Below are positions 50,072 through 57,124 of a DNA stretch of 57,124 nucleotides, piece by piece. Positions within the stretch are counted from its first letter, which is position 1. Each line of letters opens with the position of its first letter. Source of the stretch: a virus (Duplodnaviria > Caudoviricetes); IMG/VR virus record IMGVR_UViG_3300042261_000671, positions 1 to 57,124 of that record, one strand, 5' to 3'. The notes below the pieces were generated by a model. The model ran no database searches and was not told the DNA's origin. It worked only from the letters and a program-made list of their open reading frames with translations. The translations under genes were made by a program, and so were the position numbers.

Positions 50072-51250
50072 ATGGCTGGTTACGTTTATACATTATTACA
50101 AATAAGCACAAATGATTACGAAATAGATGTCTATGAAGTCCAAAGTAACGGACATGAAAATTTGATTTTTTCAGAACATCAATTTGGAGATCCAAATACC
50201 GCAATTAATACCGCTAAGAATGAACTCCAAGAAGATTATCCTGGTGTAGAAAATATGCAACCAAAACAAAGCGGAACTTCAGGAACTAGTTCACCTCAAA
50301 CATCCGCCGGGTCTTCATTTAATAATGTGGGGTCAGCTCCTGCAATCACACCAACAGGAGGTTCAGGAACTACAGGCATTGGGTCTAATAATTCATCAAT
50401 GGTTGAAATTACAAAAGAAAGATATGATGAGATAAAAAATAAAGAACTGTCAGAAAATAATCTTGACGTATATGAAGTAGTCGACGATCAACAAGACGCC
50501 GATGACATGATAGCAGCAGGTAATTTTGCAGGAGTAGACGAAGGAGATGTGATTAATGAAAGTGATTCTAATTGGATATTTACAGCCCCTGATGACAGTA
50601 AGTATGTAGATAAAAACACAAGAAATAATAGTGTTTCCCCACCAAACGGGGCCACTCCATTCACTGGCGGGGGAGTCGGATTTAATTGTTCTGATATTCA
50701 AAACAATTTTAATTCAAATCTTAAAATTTCAAAATATTTTACATTAGGTCAGGTTGCAGTTGATTTTAGTAGATTGAAAGACAAAACAGTAGGAGACAAG
50801 ACATATACTAAATATCAATTGGCTTGCAATCTTAAAGCTTTAGCCGTGAATGTTTTAGATAAAATAAAAGATCAATATCCAGATATGACTATAAATAGTA
50901 CTATTAGAAATCTTGGAACTAAATCAGAACACGAAACTGCTCAAGCTGCTGACTTAATATTTCCAAAGCATAAGAAGAAAGAATATTATGATATAGTATT
51001 ATGGATATATCAAAATACGCCGTGGAATCAATTGTTTATCGAATATAGACCAAATAATAGCACTTATAAGGGAGTTTCTTATAAAGGAAATCCTAGAGGT
51101 GGTTGGATTCATGTATCTTTTCAACAAAAAGGAAACCAAGTATATGGCGCTCCTCACAATTGGGGATGTATGGTAAATGATAAATTTGAAAATCCTGGCT
51201 CTTTTAAGTCATTCACTAATCCAATGGCTAATAATGATTGGTATGCATAA
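50072..51250 (+). CDS. Peptidase M15-family peptidoglycan hydrolase, probably tail-associated
   Basis: ISKYFTL, INS..R, SEH..AQAAD, QLFIE, WIHVSF. Confidence 0.85.
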   Translation: MAGYVYTLLQISTNDYEIDVYEVQSNGHENLIFSEHQFGDPNTAINTAKNELQEDYPGVENMQPKQSGTSGTSSPQTSAGSSFNNVGSAPAITPTGGSGTTGIGSNNSSMVEITKERYDEIKNKELSENNLDVYEVVDDQQDADDMIAAGNFAGVDEGDVINESDSNWIFTAPDDSKYVDKNTRNNSVSPPNGATPFTGGGVGFNCSDIQNNFNSNLKISKYFTLGQVAVDFSRLKDKTVGDKTYTKYQLACNLKALAVNVLDKIKDQYPDMTINSTIRNLGTKSEHETAQAADLIFPKHKKKEYYDIVLWIYQNTPWNQLFIEYRPNNSTYKGVSYKGNPRGGWIHVSFQQKGNQVYGAPHNWGCMVNDKFENPGSFKSFTNPMANNDWYA

Positions 51251-51267
51251 TTTAATATATAGTATTA

Positions 51268-52053
51268 ATGAAAAAAATTATTAAAACATACGAAGAATGG
51301 TATTTTAATAACGCTTCTAATCAAGATATTCCAGCTGTAGGTGTAGATCAAGAACTTGGTTATCCTAAGCGTTTTCCAGATCCTGAGGCTACTCGTACAC
51401 TTATAACTGATCCAGATGACGAATTTCAATATCCAAATAAAATAATAGAAAACACACACGGCATGACGAGTCATGCTATAAAACACATGTGGGAATTTGA
51501 TCCAAATCTATATAAACAATTAATAAGAAGAACAAAAGATATTCTAAAGAAGTATATAGATAGTGATGATATGAAAATCATAAATAAAAAAGGAGCAATC
51601 GAAGATGATATTTATGAAGATGAGGATATAGACGAAATGAGTCTTTATAATATAATAAACGCTTTAGATTTCATTCAAGATAAAACCTTCAAGAAAATGA
51701 GATTGAATGAAATTGAAAATAGAATACAAACTGAAATCATTTTACCATTAAGAAGAGAATATAAAAAGTTAATAGAAAATATTTTACAAAACGCAGTAAG
51801 AATAGAGGATTATAAACCAGAAATGGAAAATAGAGCAGTTTATTTTAATGGAGATAATGGAAGAGATTTATTATATTACGATCCTAATATTAAAGGTCTT
51901 ATGGTTGTAACAAAAGATAAAGAAAGAGTTTTTACTTTATTTGGAATAAGTAAAAATGATATTCATAGTTATTTTGCTTCATTAAATCCGGGGTCAAAGA
52001 AAACAAGACCTTCTAAAGAGACATTACAATTATTGAGAAATTACGAAAGATAA
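51268..52053 (+). CDS. Hypothetical protein with N-terminal tag; weak resemblance to BECR-type RNase toxins
   Basis: MKKIIKTYEE; SHAIKHMWEF and YYDP..LMVV....VFTLF. Confidence 0.6.
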   Translation: MKKIIKTYEEWYFNNASNQDIPAVGVDQELGYPKRFPDPEATRTLITDPDDEFQYPNKIIENTHGMTSHAIKHMWEFDPNLYKQLIRRTKDILKKYIDSDDMKIINKKGAIEDDIYEDEDIDEMSLYNIINALDFIQDKTFKKMRLNEIENRIQTEIILPLRREYKKLIENILQNAVRIEDYKPEMENRAVYFNGDNGRDLLYYDPNIKGLMVVTKDKERVFTLFGISKNDIHSYFASLNPGSKKTRPSKETLQLLRNYER

Positions 52054-52787
52054 TCTATTTTTATAGCTAAACGATAATATATTCCAACTTCGTCAGGATC
52101 AGAGTTTTCTTCTATTATAGTAAATTTATATTTATCATTACTTAATTCTTGGAATATTTTTTTATATGCTTTGAATTTGTGTCTAGTATAAGAACCTATT
52201 AAAACGTATTTCATGGAATACTCTGATAAAAAGTCCAAAAATATCTTAAATACTGTATTTAATATTCTGTGCATGTCGTTTATATTTATCTGATTTATTG
52301 ATTTCATTGGTTTATAAGCAGCGTATATTTCTCTGTTGGCATAAAATTGTTTTTGATCTGCCCAATCAATAGATACGACATCATCTAATTTCATGTATCT
52401 TTCATCATCATAATCTTTAGTATATCCGAGCGCAACATTATAAACTTCACCTGTGGTGGATTTAAATTCGTATATAAAGTCATATTCATCACGTAATGGA
52501 TTAGGCTCTTCTTTTATAAATTTATATGGATATGTATCATTAATATTAACAAATTCATATAATTTATTTTCATTGTTCCAATTTTCTTCGCCATAAGGAT
52601 CCAATTCTGGATTTTTGATCTTTTTAATTTTTTTAAACTTTTTTAATTTTTTAGAAGTTTTTGGAAAAATACAAGAAAATAAAGTATTCCTTCCTCTTGT
52701 TCTCTCTAAATCTCTCCATATTTTATAATATACAGGAATATCTTTGAGTGTCATTTCATTAATGAATTCATTATAATTTTTTATCAT
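52041..52787 (-). CDS. Hypothetical protein with N-terminal tag and DPYGEENW
   Basis: MIKNYNEFINE; motif at 52578-52601. Confidence 0.75.
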   Translation of the reverse strand: MIKNYNEFINEMTLKDIPVYYKIWRDLERTRGRNTLFSCIFPKTSKKLKKFKKIKKIKNPELDPYGEENWNNENKLYEFVNINDTYPYKFIKEEPNPLRDEYDFIYEFKSTTGEVYNVALGYTKDYDDERYMKLDDVVSIDWADQKQFYANREIYAAYKPMKSINQININDMHRILNTVFKIFLDFLSEYSMKYVLIGSYTRHKFKAYKKIFQELSNDKYKFTIIEENSDPDEVGIYYRLAIKIDYLS

Positions 52788-52802
52788 TATTTCATATTTT
52801 TT

Positions 52803-55481
52803 TTAATCTTCCCAAATCTCTTCTCCATATGGATCAAGTTCTGAAACTATTCTATGTGGCACTATTATTTCTCTTGCAGTATAAACTTTATCATTGTAAT
52901 CAGTAATAAATAAAAATCCTTGATCATATGATATATTTTTAACTAAGACATGAACTCTTTTGTAAACTGCTTGACCCCAATGCAACTCTCTATCAAATAC
53001 TTCTATTTCTATTTCTGTTCCTTTTATTAGTCTTTTTAGTTCTCCAACTATAGTTTTGATTCTTTGAATAGAAGGTTTCTTTTTTCCTTTTGGTTTAATT
53101 AGATCTTTTATATTTATTATTCCAGTAGATTTCATACTTTCTGAAGTTTCCCCCCAATCTTCTTCGCCGTAAGGATCTTCAGTGTTGTATATTTTATCTT
53201 TAATTTCTATTATGTATATGGGATTATGTTCATCTAATATTTTTTTCATTTTTACATCCCTTATTACAGGTTCGCCTGTATTAGACATAGTTCCGATTTT
53301 TACTTTTTTAGTATAATGAAGAAATATTTTATATTCTTCTGAAGACACGTTCTCTAGAATTACATCATTTTCGATTCTTTGTTTCCATGTAGCCGATGGA
53401 TCCATTTCCCAATACGTAAAAGTTATATTTTTTCCAATAATGTCTTTCAACCCTTCTGATATTTCTTTTGCATTTACACTATTAACATACCTAATTGGAA
53501 AAAGAGGAGTATAAACTTTTTGTGGAATTTTAGTTATCGCTTCTGTAATATGATCGATCCAATCCTCTTCACCATAAGGATCAGCATCAGAAAATATCTG
53601 TTTTGGTCCTTCATAAATTTCTAAATCAGAAGGATCACAATATTGAGACCAATTTCCCGGCCAGTCAACAAGCACTGGCCATTTTCTTCCGTGAATTACT
53701 GCTCTCACAAATCCTACATTTCCAGACATTCTGCTTCTTACTTTATCTCCTTTTTGAAGATCATCTATTGATAAATATCCATTGGATTCGACTGCCCAAT
53801 CTTCTTCCCCATAAGGATCTTCAGGGGTTATTATTCTTAGTGCTTCTCTTACATATAAAACTAAATTATCATTAACTGGAAATTCACTATATGAAGGACC
53901 ATTTTCATCACCTAGGTCTATAAATACCATAGGATATTCTGAAAATTTTTCATTAGAATAAACAGCATTCAATAATAAATATTCATTACTTCTTCCAAGA
54001 GATATGTCATTTAATTTTTGTGGATTACTAAACCAAGCTTTTATTGACACATACATTCCTATGTATTTTGATAATTCTTTTTCAATATATTTATATCTAT
54101 TTATATGAAATTTGTATTTATCATATAATGTATCCAATCTAACAATTTTTATAACATTATCTAATTTAACTCCCTCTGAAGTCCAATCTTCTTCCCCATA
54201 AGGATCTCTTTCAGATATTTCTCTTTTATTTATTATTCTAAGATCTCTACCTAAAAATATTCTATCTCCATTTAAAAATATTCTAGTTTCCCACCAATCA
54301 AAATCTCCCCACCTATTCTTTTCTACTCTAATATTCGTAATAATTTCTATTTTTGGTTCAAACTGATTATCAGGATCATATGTATAATAAAAATATTTAA
54401 CTCTTCTATCGAGTAAAATGTCTTCTAATTCTTTTTTTAAATGTTCGGAATCACTTTGACCGTAGAGCCAATGAAATTCGTCTATTAATTTATTAGTTTT
54501 AAGATATGTATATTCTACGTTATCATCAAAGCTAATATCCTTGTAGAGATATCTTTTATCATCTACATTTTTCATTTCTCTTAACCTGTTTTCCGGATTT
54601 ATATCATCACCCCAATCTTCTTCCCCGTATGGGTCATCTTCTCTATATGTGTATTTTTTATTTAATGGATAAATTTCGTGTTTTATAAAATGAATCTTAT
54701 TATTATATAAATCATTTATAATGTCAGCGAATTCTGTTAATGTAACGAGATAATCATAGTATTTTTTATAATTGCTCGCATTTTCGATTTTACACCATCT
54801 TGTAAATTCACGACTATAATTATCTGTAAATCCAAAACAAAAATATACTCCATTATCAAAAAGATGATCTTGCATATTATCAGGATCTATTTTGAATCCA
54901 TGATCTATTAAAAATTTCTTAACAGGAGATATAAGTTCGATATCTTCTTTATATACAGCAAAGAAAGTTCTTTTCAAAACTTCAAGTCCGTTTCTCACTA
55001 TAGCATCAGATAATCTATTGGCATTTATTGATGGATATTGATTTGCTTCATTTGTATCCCATACTTCTTCACCGTAAGGATCTTCTGGAATAAATCTTCT
55101 TTCAGGTTTTGCTTTCTTAACAATAGTTATAGGATAATTCATTGATAATACGTAAGTATTATTATCTTTATCGTAGATAACAACTAGACCAGCCTCTTTG
55201 TTTCTTGATCCTTTAATGCCTGAATTGCGAGGTGGGAAATATTCTATTCTTTTTATAAGTACATTTTCTGCTCTTTTTTTAAGACCTGCTAATTTAACTT
55301 CAGTAAATGACACATAATACCTAGATAAAAGGGCATTTATTCTCATTCCTAATTCTTCATCATTTATAACATGTTCATATTTTAAGTGATCTATCATACC
55401 TTTAACTGTACCAAAAGTTGTTCCAGGAAGGTCTGAAATAAATAATTCGTTTAAGGAAATGCCATTATAACTTTTAATCAT
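52803..55481 (-). CDS. 892-aa polyprotein-like protein of seven modules, each ending in DPYGEExW
   Basis: Motifs at 55059, 54612, 54183, 53796, 53559, 53154 and 52812. Confidence 0.85.
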   Translation of the reverse strand: MIKSYNGISLNELFISDLPGTTFGTVKGMIDHLKYEHVINDEELGMRINALLSRYYVSFTEVKLAGLKKRAENVLIKRIEYFPPRNSGIKGSRNKEAGLVVIYDKDNNTYVLSMNYPITIVKKAKPERRFIPEDPYGEEVWDTNEANQYPSINANRLSDAIVRNGLEVLKRTFFAVYKEDIELISPVKKFLIDHGFKIDPDNMQDHLFDNGVYFCFGFTDNYSREFTRWCKIENASNYKKYYDYLVTLTEFADIINDLYNNKIHFIKHEIYPLNKKYTYREDDPYGEEDWGDDINPENRLREMKNVDDKRYLYKDISFDDNVEYTYLKTNKLIDEFHWLYGQSDSEHLKKELEDILLDRRVKYFYYTYDPDNQFEPKIEIITNIRVEKNRWGDFDWWETRIFLNGDRIFLGRDLRIINKREISERDPYGEEDWTSEGVKLDNVIKIVRLDTLYDKYKFHINRYKYIEKELSKYIGMYVSIKAWFSNPQKLNDISLGRSNEYLLLNAVYSNEKFSEYPMVFIDLGDENGPSYSEFPVNDNLVLYVREALRIITPEDPYGEEDWAVESNGYLSIDDLQKGDKVRSRMSGNVGFVRAVIHGRKWPVLVDWPGNWSQYCDPSDLEIYEGPKQIFSDADPYGEEDWIDHITEAITKIPQKVYTPLFPIRYVNSVNAKEISEGLKDIIGKNITFTYWEMDPSATWKQRIENDVILENVSSEEYKIFLHYTKKVKIGTMSNTGEPVIRDVKMKKILDEHNPIYIIEIKDKIYNTEDPYGEEDWGETSESMKSTGIINIKDLIKPKGKKKPSIQRIKTIVGELKRLIKGTEIEIEVFDRELHWGQAVYKRVHVLVKNISYDQGFLFITDYNDKVYTAREIIVPHRIVSELDPYGEEIWED

Positions 55482-55549
55482 AACTCTATATATTAAAAAA
55501 AAACCTTTAACTAATTTTTTGATAAAATATAAAAATAAATAAAATTAAT

Positions 55550-56500
55550 ATGGCTGTTAAGAACCAATTATTTTGGAGAAAATATCGACCAAAAACATTA
55601 AATAGTATAATTATATTACCTAGGATTAAAAAAATCATAGAGAATGGTATTCAACAAGACATGATATTTCATGGACATCCTGGTACTGGTAAATCAACAT
55701 TAATAGAAGTATTACTCAAAGATAAAAACCACTTGAAGATAAATGCTTCGATGGAAAATGGCATTGATACTTTGAGGGATAAGATAACAGATTTCTGCGA
55801 TTTAATGCCAAGCCCTTTTATAAAGACAGATGATAAAATGAAATACGTCTATCTCGAGGAGTTTGATAGAACTACACCTGCTTTTCAAGATGGATTTAAG
55901 GCTTTTGTTGAAAACTACGATCATAAAGTCAGATTCATTATATCTATGAATGATATAACTAGAGTTATACCTGCTCTTATATCAAGATTAAAACCACAAG
56001 TATGTTTTAATCCAGCCAATGATGAAGAGAAGGCATATTTAATGACCGGATATTTCAAATATCTAAGTGGTATAGTTAAACACGCCAAAATAGATGTAGA
56101 TGATGACAAATTGAAAAGAATCATTGTAACGAACTTCCCTGATCTTAGAGCATCTGTGCAGGAATTACAAACCATGAGTATAGCAGGAGTTGATGAAGTT
56201 CAGTATGGTATTGGTAATACAGATGTGTTCAATTTTATTCTTGATAATAGAAATGACTTCTCTGATAACTTCTATTTTGTAATGGATAATTGGGCAAATC
56301 AGCCAAAAGATTTAATAGATATTTTAAGTCGTCCTTTTTATTATTATTTACTACAAACAAAACCAGAAGTAATAGAAAAATGTGGATTTGAATTGTTAGA
56401 TTTAAGTAAAAGATATAATGCAGAATTTGAAGCAACTACAGATCCACCATTGCATGTATTCTCTTATATTTGTGAATTAAAAAAGACATTATCAGAATAA
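55550..56500 (+). CDS. Sliding-clamp loader AAA+ subunit (T4 gp44/RFC-like)
   Basis: WRKYRPKT, GHPGTGKS, INAS..GID, LEEFD, LISR, FPDLR. Confidence 0.93.
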   Translation: MAVKNQLFWRKYRPKTLNSIIILPRIKKIIENGIQQDMIFHGHPGTGKSTLIEVLLKDKNHLKINASMENGIDTLRDKITDFCDLMPSPFIKTDDKMKYVYLEEFDRTTPAFQDGFKAFVENYDHKVRFIISMNDITRVIPALISRLKPQVCFNPANDEEKAYLMTGYFKYLSGIVKHAKIDVDDDKLKRIIVTNFPDLRASVQELQTMSIAGVDEVQYGIGNTDVFNFILDNRNDFSDNFYFVMDNWANQPKDLIDILSRPFYYYLLQTKPEVIEKCGFELLDLSKRYNAEFEATTDPPLHVFSYICELKKTLSE

Positions 56501-56781
56501 TGGAAAATACTTTTTTAAGAATGGGAGAATTCTCTATTAGAGTTATGCCAGATGCTCCTCCAACAGGTCACTTAAAAAAACTAATACACGAAGCAGAGGA
56601 AGCCATATCTGAACCAAATGATATATTTGAATATGCAGATTGTATATTGTGTGTATTTGCCGCGGCTTATAAATCAGGATTTTCTTTTGAAGATTTAAAA
56701 AAGGCAGTAGCTGAGAAGGTAAACATATTAGAGAACAGGAAATGGAAAAAAACCGAAGATGGTCTTTACCAACATTTATAA
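56500..56781 (+). CDS. MazG-like dATP/dGTP pyrophosphohydrolase (DUF550-like)
   Basis: HLKKL..EAEE...P.D..EYADC..K..I...RKW. Confidence 0.75.
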   Translation: MENTFLRMGEFSIRVMPDAPPTGHLKKLIHEAEEAISEPNDIFEYADCILCVFAAAYKSGFSFEDLKKAVAEKVNILENRKWKKTEDGLYQHL

Positions 56782-56796
56782 TTTATATATAGTGGT

Positions 56797-57124
56797 ATGA
56801 AATTATATCACGAATTCCTTAACGAAGAATACGAAGAATTTAAAAAAACTGGAGACGTCTTCAATTTTGCTAATTATATAATAACGAAAGACAATTGGCA
56901 TGAAATATTAAGAGATCTACGGGATTTTCTCATAATAGGTGATTGGTATAGAATAAGATTTACTGAACATAAAAATGTAGTTATTAGATTATCTGGGCAT
57001 CATTCAGTAATGACTGTTCCAGCAGAAGCGATGAAATATTATCAAAGAAGTTTCACTATAAATTTTGATAGGCAATATTCAAATGGTGAAATTAGAGACC
57101 CAGATCCAAAATATCAGGCTATGG
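56797..57124 (+). CDS. Hypothetical protein with N-terminal tag, 3'-truncated
   Basis: MKLYHEFLNEE, open to the window end, preceded by TTTATATATA. Confidence 0.7.
   Translation, partial: MKLYHEFLNEEYEEFKKTGDVFNFANYIITKDNWHEILRDLRDFLIIGDWYRIRFTEHKNVVIRLSGHHSVMTVPAEAMKYYQRSFTINFDRQYSNGEIRDPDPKYQAM

Overview
AT-rich fragment of a large T4-like (jumbo/huge) myophage genome, standard genetic code. The host is very probably Bacteroidota: TAnnTTTG promoters, a T9SS C-terminal-domain protein and a Bacteroidetes-type NrdJ point that way. Recognisable core genes are gp32 SSB, gp41 helicase, UvsX, gp44 clamp loader, class II RNR with an intein, a baseplate cluster (gp53-, hub- and gp5-like, M15 peptidase), gp26/gp51-like chaperones and a DNA methyltransferase. 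Four things stand out. (1) The terminase large subunit is broken at its Walker A motif into two genes 9 kb apart. They carry the N and C halves of an atypically split intein, each with an extra amphipathic helix at the split point. (2) About 25 accessory proteins start with a T4 capsid-targeting-like peptide, and nine carry a new short motif, DPY(G/N)EExW (16 copies). Seven copies punctuate an 892-aa protein that looks like a protease-processed polyprotein. Tagged cargo includes CoaD, CoaE, a GNAT, a methyltransferase and a CysRS anticodon-binding-like domain. (3) A 1.1-kb locus with no credible ORF, dense hairpins, three boxA-like elements, a host-type promoter and a terminator probably encodes several structured ncRNAs. 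(4) There is a candidate +1 frameshift in the baseplate/tail chaperone pair. All family calls come from motif recognition by eye; no searches were run.
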